A stretch of DNA of 64,000 nucleotides, taken from Desulforegulaceae bacterium (GTDB lineage: Bacteria > Desulfobacterota > Desulfobacteria > Desulfobacterales > JACKCP01). The number at the start of each line of letters is the position of its first letter. Positions within the stretch are counted from its first letter, which is position 1. Below the pieces are notes generated by a model. The model made no database searches. It saw only the letters and a program-made list of their open reading frames with translations, and was not told where the DNA came from. The position numbers and the translations under genes are program-made. The DNA is taken from assembly GCA_034007295.1 (NCBI GenBank), contig JAVERC010000002.1, forward strand, positions 82,256 to 146,255, written 5' to 3'. Positions 38,280 through 49,099 of the stretch are shown here, one piece after another.

Positions 38280-39116
38280 ATGGCTTACGTATCAATGAAA
38301 GACCTTCTTGAAGCAGGTGTCCATTTTGGACATCAGACCAGACGCTGGAATCCTAAAATGAAACCTTATATATTTGGTGCAAGAAACGGAATATATATAG
38401 TTGATCTTCAGCAGACATTAGATATGTTCAAAAAAGCATACGACTTTATTGAAGAAGTTTGTGAAGCTGGAGAAACTGTTTTGTTTGTAGGAACAAAAAG
38501 ACAGGCAAGGGATGTGATTTACGAAGAAGCAAACCGTTGTGAAATGTTTTATGTTCAAAACAGATGGCTTGGCGGAATGCTTACAAATTTCAAGACAATA
38601 AGAAACAGTGTTGAAAGGCTTAAGTATCTTCATGAAATTGAAAATGACGGAAGAATTGAGCTTTTCCCAAATAAAGAAAAAATTCAGCTTCATAAGGAAA
38701 GAGTAAAGCTTGATGCAAACATAGGCGGTATCCAGAATATGAAGTCTCTTCCTGGTGCTCTTTTTATAGTTGATCCAAAAAATGAAGCAATTGCAATTAA
38801 GGAAGCAAAAAAACTCCATATACCAGTTATTGCTCTTGTTGATACAAATTGCGATCCAGATGATATTGATTTTGTAATCCCAGGAAACGACGATGCAATC
38901 CGTTCTATTTCACTGATTACTTCTCGAATTGCAGATGCATGTATAGAAGGCAGAAGAAGATATGAAGAAAGAGCTCAGTCTGAATCTGATAAAGCTTCGG
39001 ATGAAAAGCCTGAAAAAACTGCTGATCTTAAACCTGGAGAAAGAAAAGTTATTTCTGATGGAGAAGGTGGCCCTGTAGTTGAAGTTGTTAAAAAGAAAAC
39101 TTCTGTTGAAGAATAA
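38280..39116 (+). CDS. rpsB: 30S ribosomal protein S2
   Basis: 278 aa: [19 protein letters not shown], with an acidic C-terminal extension. Confidence 0.95.
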   Translation: MAYVSMKDLLEAGVHFGHQTRRWNPKMKPYIFGARNGIYIVDLQQTLDMFKKAYDFIEEVCEAGETVLFVGTKRQARDVIYEEANRCEMFYVQNRWLGGMLTNFKTIRNSVERLKYLHEIENDGRIELFPNKEKIQLHKERVKLDANIGGIQNMKSLPGALFIVDPKNEAIAIKEAKKLHIPVIALVDTNCDPDDIDFVIPGNDDAIRSISLITSRIADACIEGRRRYEERAQSESDKASDEKPEKTADLKPGERKVISDGEGGPVVEVVKKKTSVEE

Positions 39117-39135
39117 TTAAATTTAAAAATTTTAA

Positions 39136-39180
39136 AAAACTGAACTGTGATTGATTTGGTCTAAATCCTAGTTCAGTTTT
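39136..39180 (+). promoter_or_regulatory. rpsB-tsf intercistronic stem-loop (possible attenuator)
   Basis: AAAACTGAAC (39136-39145) pairs perfectly with GTTCAGTTTT (39171-39180). Confidence 0.4.
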
Positions 39181-39230
39181 ATAATTGTATATTTTTATAA
39201 AGATTAAATATAATTCAAGGAGAGTTTGAA

Positions 39231-39827
39231 ATGGCAGACATTAGTGCTCAGATGGTTAAAGAGCTTCGTGATAAAAGCGGTGCAGGTATAATGGACTGCA
39301 AGCAGGCACTTAAAGAGTGTGGTGGTGATATTGAAAAATCAATAGATTTTCTAAGAAAAAAAGGACTTGCAACAGCTCAGAAAAAAGCTGGAAGAGATGC
39401 TTCTGAAGGAAGAATTGAAGCTTACATTCACATGGGCGGCAAAATTGGTGTTATTGTTGAAGTGAATTGTGAAACTGACTTTGTTGCAAAAAATGACGAC
39501 TTTGTTGAATTTTGTAAAAATCTTGCAATGCACATTGCTGCTACAGCTCCTGGTGCAATAGTTCCGGACGATCTTCCAAAAGATGCATGCGACAGGGAAA
39601 GAAAAGTATATGAAGATCAGGTAAGAGAAATGGGTAAACCTGAAAACATGATCTCAAAAATTGTAGATGGAAAAATGGAAAAATTTTACAAAGACTCATG
39701 CCTTCTTACCCAGCCATATGTTAAAGATCCAAAGCTTTCAGTACAGGATGTAATTAATGAGCTTGTTGCTAAAGTAGGCGAAAATATAGTTGTTAAAAGA
39801 TTCTCCAGATTCCAGATTGGAGGTTGA
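39231..39827 (+). CDS. tsf: elongation factor Ts
   Basis: 198 aa: VKELRDKSGAGIMDCKQAL, VEVNCETDFVAKN. Confidence 0.93.
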   Translation: MADISAQMVKELRDKSGAGIMDCKQALKECGGDIEKSIDFLRKKGLATAQKKAGRDASEGRIEAYIHMGGKIGVIVEVNCETDFVAKNDDFVEFCKNLAMHIAATAPGAIVPDDLPKDACDRERKVYEDQVREMGKPENMISKIVDGKMEKFYKDSCLLTQPYVKDPKLSVQDVINELVAKVGENIVVKRFSRFQIGG

Positions 39828-39830
39828 TAA

Positions 39831-40559
39831 TTGTCTGAGCCCAAATTTGGAAGAGTTCTTCTCAAATTAAGCGGTGAGGCACTTATGGGTGACAAGGGCT
39901 ATGGTTTATGCCCTGACACCCTTAAATATGTAGCTTCCGAGCTTGAAGAACTTTACAACAAAAATGTTGAAGTTGCAGTAGTTGTAGGCGGAGGAAACAT
40001 ATTCAGAGGTGTTGCAGCAGGAACTTATGGAATGGACAGGGCACCAGCTGACCATATAGGAATGCTTGCGACTGTAATGAACAGTCTTGCATTGCAAAAT
40101 GCCCTTGAAAAAAGAGGCGTTCCAACAAGGGTTCAGAGTGCTATTTCCATGGATGAAGTTGCAGAACCTTATATATTGAGGCGAGCTGTAAGGCATCTTG
40201 AAAAGAAAAGAATAGTAATTTTCGGTGCTGGAACAGGAAGCCCTTATTTCACAACAGATACGGCAGCAGTGTTGAGAGCTCACGAAATACATGCCGAGAT
40301 TCTTTTAAAAGCAACAAAAGTTGACGGGGTTTACGATAAAGACCCAGAAAAAAATCCAGATGCTGTTCTATATAAAAATCTTACATATATGGAAGTACTT
40401 GAAAAACAGCTTAGAGTTATGGATATGACTGCCATTTCACTTGCCATGGATCATGAACTTCCTCTGTGTGTTTTTAATCTGAGACAAAAAGGTGCAATCG
40501 ACAGTATTATTTTAGGAACTCAGGTCGGCACCATCATAAGAAATAACAGTAAAGGGTAA
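39831..40559 (+). CDS. pyrH: UMP kinase
   Basis: 242 aa: [24 protein letters not shown] start 7 nt after GGAGG. Confidence 0.93.
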   Translation: MSEPKFGRVLLKLSGEALMGDKGYGLCPDTLKYVASELEELYNKNVEVAVVVGGGNIFRGVAAGTYGMDRAPADHIGMLATVMNSLALQNALEKRGVPTRVQSAISMDEVAEPYILRRAVRHLEKKRIVIFGAGTGSPYFTTDTAAVLRAHEIHAEILLKATKVDGVYDKDPEKNPDAVLYKNLTYMEVLEKQLRVMDMTAISLAMDHELPLCVFNLRQKGAIDSIILGTQVGTIIRNNSKG

Positions 40560-40563
40560 GATT

Positions 40564-41121
40564 ATGGTTAACGAAGTTCTAAAAGAAACAAAAGATAAAA
40601 TGAAAAAAGCTCTTGAAGCTCTTAGGCATGAACTTCTTAAGGTAAGAACAGGAAGAGCTTCAGCAAGTCTTGTAGATTCAGTATCAGTCGAATATTACGG
40701 AGCAAAGACACCGCTAAATCAGCTTGCTTCAGTAACTGTTCCTGAAAGCAGACTGGTTGTTATTCAGCCTTGGGACTCTACTGCCATTAATGATATAGAA
40801 AAGGCTATTTTAAAGGCTAATATCGGTATTACTCCATCAAATGACGGCAAAGTTATCAGGCTTTCGATTCCTCCTCTTACAGAAGAAAGAAGAAAGGATA
40901 TTGTAAAGCAGGTAAGTAAAATCTGCGAAGACTATAAAGTTGGAATAAGAAATATTAGAAGAGATTCAAACGAAGATCTGAAGTCCTTAAAAAAAGACGG
41001 TGATATTTCTGAAGATCAGATGTTTAAAGGTCAGGACGAAGTTCAAAAGCTTACTGATTCACATATTAAGGAAATTGAAGAGCTGAATAAAGTTAAGGAA
41101 AAAGAAATTCTTGAATTCTAA
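40564..41121 (+). CDS. frr: ribosome recycling factor
   Basis: 185 aa: LRHELLKVRTGRAS, LTEERRKD. Confidence 0.95.
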   Translation: MVNEVLKETKDKMKKALEALRHELLKVRTGRASASLVDSVSVEYYGAKTPLNQLASVTVPESRLVVIQPWDSTAINDIEKAILKANIGITPSNDGKVIRLSIPPLTEERRKDIVKQVSKICEDYKVGIRNIRRDSNEDLKSLKKDGDISEDQMFKGQDEVQKLTDSHIKEIEELNKVKEKEILEF

Positions 41122-41857
41122 AAGAGAAAATTTTCTAAAAAAATATTCACTTTCAGATAAAAATTTCCCTGTTCATATTGCCGTAATTATGGACGGTAAC
41201 GGCAGATGGGCCAAAAAAAGGCTTATGAACAGGGTTAAAGGTCATGAAAAAGGTGCAGATGCAATAAGGGGGATAGTTGAGCTTTCAAGAGAAATCGGGC
41301 TTAAATATCTGTCCCTTTATGCTTTTTCTACAGAAAACTGGAACAGGCCAAAAACTGAAGTATCTGCTCTTATGAGTCTTCTTGAGAAGTTTATTAAAAA
41401 TGAAAGAAGTAATTTTTTAGAAAATGATATAAGACTCAATGCCTTTGGCGACCTTGAAAAATTGCCGGAAAAGGTGTTGAAAAAACTTAATGCTCTCATG
41501 GATGAAACAAGATATAACTCAACTATGTGTCTTAATCTGTGCTTAAGTTATGGTGGAAGAAACGAAATTTTGCATGCTGTAAGAAAAATTGCAGCTGATG
41601 TTGAAAATAATCTTATAAGTTCTGATGATATAAGTGAAGAAACAATTTCAGCAAATTTATATACTAAGGGTTTTCCAGATCCAGATATTCTTATAAGAAC
41701 CAGCGGTGAAATGAGGCTGAGCAACTTTATGATGTGGCAGCTTTCCTATGCCGAACTTTTTTTTACTAAGACACTTTGGCCAGATTTCACAAGGGAAGAA
41801 TTTCTTGATATAATAAGAAAATTTCAGACAAGAGACAGAAGATTTGGAAAAGTTTAA
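41111..41857 (+). CDS. uppS: isoprenyl transferase (undecaprenyl diphosphate synthase)
   Basis: 248 aa: HIAVIMDGNGRWA, FSTENW, RTSGE.RLSNF. Confidence 0.92.
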   Translation: MNSKRENFLKKYSLSDKNFPVHIAVIMDGNGRWAKKRLMNRVKGHEKGADAIRGIVELSREIGLKYLSLYAFSTENWNRPKTEVSALMSLLEKFIKNERSNFLENDIRLNAFGDLEKLPEKVLKKLNALMDETRYNSTMCLNLCLSYGGRNEILHAVRKIAADVENNLISSDDISEETISANLYTKGFPDPDILIRTSGEMRLSNFMMWQLSYAELFFTKTLWPDFTREEFLDIIRKFQTRDRRFGKV

Positions 41858-41873
41858 AAAAAAAGGATAAACT

Positions 41874-42674
41874 GTGGAAACTTCACATAAAAACCGTTGG
41901 ATTACAGCTCTCGTTGCCCTGCCTCTCCTGATAGTGCTTATTTTAAAAGGAGGGGCTTTTTTATTTTCTTTTCTTCTTATTGCTGTTTCAGGCATTGGAT
42001 TTTATGAGTGGCAGAAAATAACCAATATAAAACATTATTCACTGGAAAGAGCCAAAAATATTCCATTCCTTTTCATTCCGGTGCTTTATTTTTTTTCTTT
42101 TTACTCACCCTCATCCCATATTCTTGCAGCAATGCTTTCGGCAGGAGCAATTCTTTTTGCTCTTTTAAAAGGTTTTGACGGTACAGAATCCCATTTTAAG
42201 GGAAGCATCTATATTTTAACAGGTTTTATATATTCATCGATTTTTTTATCATTTGCTTCAAGAATTATGATAGAAACAGGCCCAAAAGGGCTATTTTTTC
42301 TTTTGATTACTGTTTTTGCATCTGATACAGGTGCTTTTTATGCAGGAAGAAAATTTGGAAAAAATAAGCTTATGGAAAATGTAAGCCCCAAAAAAACAAT
42401 AGAAGGTTTTGCAGGAGGATTTGTACTTTCTGTTTTTGCTGCAATTTTGTGTAAAATTATTTTTTTTGAAGAACTTTTATTTTTTAATGCCTTGTTATGC
42501 GGTATTGCTGCTGGAGCTCTTGTTCCCCTTGGAGATCTTTTTGAGTCAATGACAAAAAGAGTATTCAATGTTAAGGATTCGGGTAATATTTTACCTGGGC
42601 ACGGTGGGATTCTTGACAGGATTGACGGACTTTTATTTGCTGTGCCGGTGTTTTATATTCTTTATACTTTTTAA
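41874..42674 (+). CDS. cdsA: phosphatidate cytidylyltransferase
   Basis: 266 aa polytopic membrane protein: SPKKTIEG, PGHGGILDRID. Confidence 0.9.
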   Translation: METSHKNRWITALVALPLLIVLILKGGAFLFSFLLIAVSGIGFYEWQKITNIKHYSLERAKNIPFLFIPVLYFFSFYSPSSHILAAMLSAGAILFALLKGFDGTESHFKGSIYILTGFIYSSIFLSFASRIMIETGPKGLFFLLITVFASDTGAFYAGRKFGKNKLMENVSPKKTIEGFAGGFVLSVFAAILCKIIFFEELLFFNALLCGIAAGALVPLGDLFESMTKRVFNVKDSGNILPGHGGILDRIDGLLFAVPVFYILYTF

Positions 42675-42683
42675 GGGTTTGTA

Positions 42684-43841
42684 ATGAAAAAAATTGCAGT
42701 TCTTGGTTCAACCGGTTCAATAGGCCTTAATACTCTAGATATTGTAAGAAGATTTCCTGAAAAATTTAAAATAACATCCCTTTCATGTAAATCTAGTATA
42801 GATGCTTTAGTTGAGCAGATAATTGAGTTCAGGCCTATAATAGCTTCAGTTTTTGAAAAAAAAGATGCATATGAGCTTAAATCGAGATTAGGCAACAATA
42901 CCAGCACAAAAATTGTTTTCGGAGACGAGGGTTATAAGGAAGCAGTTTCTTTAAAAGATGTTGATGTTGTAGTTTCAGCCATAGTTGGAACTGCAGGATT
43001 AAGGCCGACAATTGAAGCCATTTATGCAAATAAGGAAATTGCACTTGCAAATAAGGAGTCACTTGTTGCTGCCGGAGATATTGTTATAAATGAAGCAAAA
43101 AAAAGAAATTTAAAAATTCTTCCTATTGACAGCGAGCATAGTGCAATTTTTCAATGTCTAGAGGGAAACCAAAAAAAAGAAGTCTCAAAAATATTTCTTA
43201 CAGCATCAGGAGGTCCTTTCAGAAAAAAAGAGATCTCAGAATTTAAAAATATTACACCGGAGCAGGCTCTGAATCATCCAACCTGGTCCATGGGAGCCAA
43301 AATTTCAATAGATTCTGCTACATTAATGAACAAGGGACTTGAAATTATAGAAGCCTGCGTTCTTTTTGATCTACCTCCTGAAAAGATAGAAGTTGTTGTA
43401 CACCCCCAGTCCATTGTCCATTCAATGGTTGGTTATGTTGACGGGAGCATAATTGCACAGCTTGGAAAGCCTGACATGCGAGAGGCTATTTTATATTCTC
43501 TTTCCTGGCCTGAAAGGTTTGAAACAAATTTTGGGTTTCCGGATTTTACAATGCTTGATTTAAATTTTGAAAAACCTGATTTTAATAAATTCAGGTCTCT
43601 TGAGTTTGCATTTGAAGCAGCATCAATAAAAAAATCGATGCCATGTACAATGAATGCAGCAAATGAAGAAGCTGTTTATGCCTTTTTAAAGGGAAAAATA
43701 AGATTTGATCAGATTTATGATATTGTAGAAAATGTAATGAAAAATCATAATGTTTTTTCATTTTCATCCATTGAAGATGTTTTTTATGCAGATAAGCAGG
43801 CAAGATCAAAAGCACTTGAATATATAGCAAACAATCACTAA
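42684..43841 (+). CDS. dxr: 1-deoxy-D-xylulose-5-phosphate reductoisomerase
   Basis: 385 aa: LGSTGSIG, LANKESLV, PIDSEHSAIFQC, NHPTWSMG. Confidence 0.95.
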   Translation: MKKIAVLGSTGSIGLNTLDIVRRFPEKFKITSLSCKSSIDALVEQIIEFRPIIASVFEKKDAYELKSRLGNNTSTKIVFGDEGYKEAVSLKDVDVVVSAIVGTAGLRPTIEAIYANKEIALANKESLVAAGDIVINEAKKRNLKILPIDSEHSAIFQCLEGNQKKEVSKIFLTASGGPFRKKEISEFKNITPEQALNHPTWSMGAKISIDSATLMNKGLEIIEACVLFDLPPEKIEVVVHPQSIVHSMVGYVDGSIIAQLGKPDMREAILYSLSWPERFETNFGFPDFTMLDLNFEKPDFNKFRSLEFAFEAASIKKSMPCTMNAANEEAVYAFLKGKIRFDQIYDIVENVMKNHNVFSFSSIEDVFYADKQARSKALEYIANNH

Positions 43842-43884
43842 CTTTATCAAAAAAATAAAAATTTGGTAAATCGGAGAATTATAT

Positions 43885-45216
43885 ATGGTTACAATTATTT
43901 CATTTGTAATAGTCCTTGGCATTTTAATTTTTGTTCATGAATTTGGCCATTTCATAGCTGCAAGAGCATGCGGAGTTGGCGTAGAAAAATTTTCAATTGG
44001 ATTTGGGCCAAAAGTTTTCGGGTGGAAAAGAGGCGAGACAGATTACATGCTTTCTGCAATCCCCCTTGGCGGATATGTTAAAATGATAGGCGAAGAACCA
44101 GATGCTCCATTAACTGAAGATGAAAAAAAATACTCATTTACACACAAGGAAGTATGGAAAAGATTTATAATTGTTGCAGCAGGTCCTTTTTTTAATTTTT
44201 TTCTTGCCATATTTTTATATTTTGCTTTGTTTCTTTTTTATGGAACCTATTTTTATCCCCCTGTAATAGGTCAGACTGAACCAGGCACTCCATCCTATGA
44301 AAGGCTTGCTGTTGGAGATGAAATTTTATCAATAAATGATAATAAAATTACTTCATGGTCTGAGCTTGAAAAAACAATAGAAAAATCAAAAGGAAGCGAA
44401 CTGCTTTTTAAGATCAAAAGAGGAAATGATTTAAAGGAAGTAGTTTTAAAACCGGCACTTCTTGATTCAGAGTCCATATTTGGAGAAAAAATAAAAAAAT
44501 ATTCCCTTGGAATAAAACCATATCTTCCTCCGGTAATTGGAAGTGTTGCACCTGATTCGCCTGCTCTTAAGGCTGGAATTGAGGTTGGTGACAAAATTGT
44601 TGAGATTAATTCCCAAAAAATTACAACCTGGTATGATGTCTCAGATGCAATATCTATGTCTAAATCTGAAATTGAGCTTGTTTTTGAAAGAAACACTGAA
44701 TTAATTAAAAAGACGATTAAGCCTGAAATTAAGGAACTTAAAGACCATCTTGGCAAATCCTATGAGAGAAAACTAATAGGGATTGCAGCAAAAGATATTA
44801 CAAAACAGAAAAAAGCAGGTCCTATTACAGCAATGTCTGAAAGCCTTAGCCAGACATGGAAGGTTATTGAGCTTACTTTTGTCGGCATAGTAAAAATGGT
44901 AGACGGTACAATTTCAAAAGACAATCTTGGCGGGCCAATTATGATTGCACAAATGGCAGGGGATCAGGCAAAGCAGGGTCTTACAAGTTTTCTTGTTTTC
45001 ATCTGTCTTATAAGCATAAACCTGGGCCTCTTAAATCTTTTGCCTGTACCTGTTCTTGATGGTGGACATCTTATGTTTTTTTTAATAGAGATGGTGACAG
45101 GAAAACCGGTCAGCATAAAAGTAAGGGAAGTTGCCCAGCAGATAGGCCTTTTCCTTCTTCTTTCGCTTATGGTTTTTGCATTTTACAATGATATTTTAAG
45201 GTTATTTTCAAATTAA
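43885..45216 (+). CDS. rseP: RIP zinc metalloprotease RseP (M50)
   Basis: 443 aa: HEFGH, two PDZ-like regions, NLLPVPVLDGGH. Confidence 0.92.
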   Translation: MVTIISFVIVLGILIFVHEFGHFIAARACGVGVEKFSIGFGPKVFGWKRGETDYMLSAIPLGGYVKMIGEEPDAPLTEDEKKYSFTHKEVWKRFIIVAAGPFFNFFLAIFLYFALFLFYGTYFYPPVIGQTEPGTPSYERLAVGDEILSINDNKITSWSELEKTIEKSKGSELLFKIKRGNDLKEVVLKPALLDSESIFGEKIKKYSLGIKPYLPPVIGSVAPDSPALKAGIEVGDKIVEINSQKITTWYDVSDAISMSKSEIELVFERNTELIKKTIKPEIKELKDHLGKSYERKLIGIAAKDITKQKKAGPITAMSESLSQTWKVIELTFVGIVKMVDGTISKDNLGGPIMIAQMAGDQAKQGLTSFLVFICLISINLGLLNLLPVPVLDGGHLMFFLIEMVTGKPVSIKVREVAQQIGLFLLLSLMVFAFYNDILRLFSN

Positions 45217-45235
45217 TATAACAGGAGCAGGGCAC

Positions 45236-48229
45236 ATGATCTACAGGCTGGAAACAGCTCTTAAAAGTTCTCTAAAAGATCCGGAAGGAGAAAATTTAAG
45301 AAAAAAGGCAAAGGACTATTTTAATATAGAGCTTGAAAAGGTAAGAACAATTAATGTTTTACTTTTTGATCTTCCCATATCAGAAACAGAGTTTGAGTTT
45401 GTGTCAAAAGAGATTTTTTCAAATCCTGTTACTGAAATTTATTCCTTTTCAAATATAGACGAGGATTTTGATTTTTGCATAAGAGTTGGATTTAGACCCG
45501 GAGTCTGTGATACAGCTGGAAATACTGCAGTTGAAGCAATTTCAGATATTTTGTCAAAACAGTTTCCAAAGGACAGTGGCGTTTATACAGGAAAAAGATA
45601 CTGCATTAAAGGCAAAGACCTTTCAATGGAAAAAATGGATCTTCTTGCCTCTGAACTTCTTGCAAACGATACAGTCCAGTCCTGGAATATTTATTCAAAG
45701 GATTTTGTTTCAAAAAATGGTTTCCCAAAAGATTTAATCCCAAAGGTAATTTTAAATCATGAGCCTGAAGTTTTGGAAATTAAGTTTTCAAGTGATGAAG
45801 AACTTAACAAAATAAGCAATGAAAGAAATTTGGCCTTAAATCCAAATGATGTTCCTGTAATAAGAGAGTATTTTTTCGATGAAAAAGTAATTTTAAAAAG
45901 AAAAGAATTCAATCTTTCAAATCCAACAGACCTTGAACTTGAATTTATTGCACAGGCAAGAAGTGATCATTGCAATCACAATACTTTTCAGGGAAAGTTT
46001 TATTACAAAGATAAAGATACAGGTGAAGAATTTGTAATAGACAATCTTTTCAAAACCTGTATCAAAGAGCCTACAATCAAGCTTAAAAACGAACTTGACT
46101 GGGTTGTTTCCGTTTTGTGGGACAATGCAGGCTCTGCTGTTTTTGATGATACATACAATTATACAATTACCGGAGAAACCCATAACTCCCCTTCAAACAT
46201 GGAAGCCTACGGCGGTTCTCTTACAGGAATTGTAGGTGTTTACAGAGACCCCCTTGGAACAGGACTTGGGTCAAAACTTATTATGGGTAGTTATGGATTT
46301 TGCACAGGTTTAAGAGATTACAGCGGAGAATTAAAACCGAAACTTCACCCGAGAAGACTTCTTGACGGAATTATTGAAGGTGTAAAAGACGGGGGAAACA
46401 AAAGCGGTGTTCCAACAACTTTTGGTCAGGTATATTTTGACAACAGATATATTGGAAAATGTCTTGTATATGTTACAGCTCTCGGACTTATGCCAAAAGA
46501 AGTAAATAATAAACCGTGCCATGAAAAAGAAACATCTCCTGGTGAATTAATAGTAATGTGCGGCGGAAGGGTTGGAAAAGACGGAATTCACGGTGTAACA
46601 GCCTCTTCAGAAACTTTTTCTGAAAATACTCCTGCAGGTCATGTTCAGATTGGAGATCCATATACACAAAAGAAAATGCACGATTTTCTTCTTGAAGCAA
46701 GGGATCTCGGTCTTATGACATTTATTACAGACAACGGAGGCGGAGGTCTTTCTTCTTCAATCGGAGAATCTGCAAGATTAAGCGGAGGGTGTGTTGTAAA
46801 TCTTGAAAAGGTTCCGCTTAAATACGAAGGTCTTGACCCATGGGAAATATGGATTTCAGAGTCACAGGAAAGAATGACTGCTGCTGTTACAAAGGAAAAC
46901 ATTGATAAATTCCTTTCACTCTCAGCAAAGCATGAGGTTGAATCAACTGTAATCGGAGAATATACAGATTCGGGAATGCTTCATGTAAAATGGAATGAAG
47001 ATACAATTGCATATGTAGATATTGATCTTCCTGAAAAAGGTTTTCCACAGTGGATTTTTGAAGCAGAGTGGTCATCTCCCAAATCAAGGGGAATGATTGA
47101 GCCTGTTATTACTTCTCCAAAGGATTATAACAGTCTTTGTCTTAAACTTATTTCTTCTCCCAATATGTCTTCCAAAAAATGGATAACAAGACAATATGAC
47201 CATGAAGTTCAGGGAACAAGTGTAATCAAGCCTCTTACAGGAGTAAACAGAAATGTTCCGTCAGATGCATCAGTAATAAGACCTAATCTTGAAAGTGAAA
47301 AAGGACTTTTATTCACCCAGACAATAAATCCCGGATTTTCAGATATTGATACTGACAACATGACAAGGCTTGTTGTTGACGAAGCATTCAGAAGGCTTGT
47401 TGTAACAGGAGCAGACCCTGAAAAAATAGGCGGTGTGGATAATTTCTGCTGGCCTGCAATAACATATGATGAAAAAACAAATCCCGACGGAAAACTAAAG
47501 GCTGCAAAGCTTGTAAGATCTTGTCTTGCACTGAAAGATATCTGTCTTGAATACAAGGTTCCTCTTCTTTCAGGAAAGGACAGCATGTATGTTGACGGAC
47601 ATTTAAAAGGGCCTTACGGAGAAACAAGAAAGGTTTCTGCACCTGAATCTTTGCAGTTTTCAGCAACAGGAATAATGGATGACTGTAAAAAAGCTGTAAC
47701 ATCAGGATTTAAATTTTCAGGCGACAGAATTTATCTTCTTGGAAAAACCCTTGACGAGCTTGGCGGTTCAGAATTTTACAGCCTTTTAAATGAAAAGGGC
47801 GTAAATATCCCCAAAGTTGATCAGAAAACAAACCTTGAGATTTATAAAAAATATTTTAATGCAAATCAAAAGGATCTTGTTAATTCAGGTAAATCCCTTG
47901 GAAAAGGCGGTCTTTTTACAGCACTTGCATTTTCTTCCATAGCAGGAGGTTTTGGAGCTGAAATTTACCTTGACAAGGTTTTAAATGACAAGAGTCTTGA
48001 AGATTTCAAAATTCTTTTCTCTGAATCTTCAGGCAGAATTTTAGTAAGTGTATCCAATGAAAATATTGAAGAATTTGAAAATTTAATGGGCAGTTCAAGC
48101 TGCTGTCATATTGGTTTTGTAAGGGAAGACAAAAACTTTATTGTAAATTCAGGCTCTGATAAGATAATCAATCTAAGTGTTGATGATCTTGAATCAGCCT
48201 TTGAAAAAAGATTTGGAGAACTTGTATGA
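45236..48229 (+). CDS. purL: phosphoribosylformylglycinamidine synthase subunit PurL with an N-terminal PurS-like extension
   Basis: 997 aa. The PurL core begins near ARSDHCNHNTF, about 200 aa later than in stand-alone PurL. The N-terminus contains PurS-like segments (...LANDTVQSWNIY). Confidence 0.9.
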   Translation: MIYRLETALKSSLKDPEGENLRKKAKDYFNIELEKVRTINVLLFDLPISETEFEFVSKEIFSNPVTEIYSFSNIDEDFDFCIRVGFRPGVCDTAGNTAVEAISDILSKQFPKDSGVYTGKRYCIKGKDLSMEKMDLLASELLANDTVQSWNIYSKDFVSKNGFPKDLIPKVILNHEPEVLEIKFSSDEELNKISNERNLALNPNDVPVIREYFFDEKVILKRKEFNLSNPTDLELEFIAQARSDHCNHNTFQGKFYYKDKDTGEEFVIDNLFKTCIKEPTIKLKNELDWVVSVLWDNAGSAVFDDTYNYTITGETHNSPSNMEAYGGSLTGIVGVYRDPLGTGLGSKLIMGSYGFCTGLRDYSGELKPKLHPRRLLDGIIEGVKDGGNKSGVPTTFGQVYFDNRYIGKCLVYVTALGLMPKEVNNKPCHEKETSPGELIVMCGGRVGKDGIHGVTASSETFSENTPAGHVQIGDPYTQKKMHDFLLEARDLGLMTFITDNGGGGLSSSIGESARLSGGCVVNLEKVPLKYEGLDPWEIWISESQERMTAAVTKENIDKFLSLSAKHEVESTVIGEYTDSGMLHVKWNEDTIAYVDIDLPEKGFPQWIFEAEWSSPKSRGMIEPVITSPKDYNSLCLKLISSPNMSSKKWITRQYDHEVQGTSVIKPLTGVNRNVPSDASVIRPNLESEKGLLFTQTINPGFSDIDTDNMTRLVVDEAFRRLVVTGADPEKIGGVDNFCWPAITYDEKTNPDGKLKAAKLVRSCLALKDICLEYKVPLLSGKDSMYVDGHLKGPYGETRKVSAPESLQFSATGIMDDCKKAVTSGFKFSGDRIYLLGKTLDELGGSEFYSLLNEKGVNIPKVDQKTNLEIYKKYFNANQKDLVNSGKSLGKGGLFTALAFSSIAGGFGAEIYLDKVLNDKSLEDFKILFSESSGRILVSVSNENIEEFENLMGSSSCCHIGFVREDKNFIVNSGSDKIINLSVDDLESAFEKRFGELV

Positions 48230-49041
48230 TGAAAGTCAAAGCCCTTGTACTTACAGGATTCGGGCTTAACTGCGACAATGAAACAGCACATGCTTTAACA
48301 CTTGCAGGGGCTGAGGCAGATAAGGTTCATATTAACGATCTTGTAAATAAAAATGTTTTGGTAAAAGACTACAAAATTCTTGCATTTGGCGGAGGCTTCA
48401 GCTGGGGTGACGAGCATGGAGCAGGGGTTTTGCAGGCAATCAGAATGAAAACCCATTTTGGAGAAGATCTTCAGAAATTTGTCGAACAGGACAATCTTAT
48501 AATAGGTATATGCAACGGTTTTCAGACCCTTGTAAACATTGGTCTTTTACCTGGATTTGACACAAAATCCATGGAAAGAAAAGTTGCCCTTATAAACAAT
48601 GACCATGGAAACTTTATTGATGACTGGATTTATTTAAATGCTGAAAAAGGGTCAAACTGTGTTTTCACAAAAGGCCTTGAAACATTTGAGCTTCCAATCA
48701 GGCATGGTCAGGGAAAACTCTACACAGACGATGAAACTCTTAAAAAAATAGAAGAAAACAATCAGGCTGTTTTAAGATATTCATCTAAAGAAGGTAAAAA
48801 AGCTGAAAATAAATTTCCAGAAAATCCAAACGGTTCCTTAAACGACATAGCAGGGCTTTGCGACTCTACAGGAAGGGTTTTTGGACTTATGCCCCATCCC
48901 GAGGCTTTTGTTCACTGGACTCATCATCCCCAGTGGACTGTCATGAAACAGAAAATGAAAAAGAATAATCAGGATCTTTTTGATTCCGGTATTCCTGATG
49001 GGCTTAAAATTTTTATTAATGCTGTTGATTATTTTTCATAA
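48226..49041 (+). CDS. purQ: phosphoribosylformylglycinamidine synthase glutaminase subunit (PurQ-like)
   Basis: 271 aa class-I amidotransferase: GGFSWGD, catalytic GICNGFQ, MPHPE. Confidence 0.85.
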   Translation: MMKVKALVLTGFGLNCDNETAHALTLAGAEADKVHINDLVNKNVLVKDYKILAFGGGFSWGDEHGAGVLQAIRMKTHFGEDLQKFVEQDNLIIGICNGFQTLVNIGLLPGFDTKSMERKVALINNDHGNFIDDWIYLNAEKGSNCVFTKGLETFELPIRHGQGKLYTDDETLKKIEENNQAVLRYSSKEGKKAENKFPENPNGSLNDIAGLCDSTGRVFGLMPHPEAFVHWTHHPQWTVMKQKMKKNNQDLFDSGIPDGLKIFINAVDYFS

Positions 49042-49049
49042 AGTGTAAT

Positions 49050-49069
49050 GGCGGATTTAAATATCCGCC
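49050..49069. terminator. hairpin between convergent purQ and the helicase gene
   Basis: GGCGGAT TTAAAT ATCCGCC. There is no clear U-tract on either strand. Confidence 0.35.
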
Positions 49070-49099
49070 AAATAACAAATCTTTGGTTCCAAGACAGAT

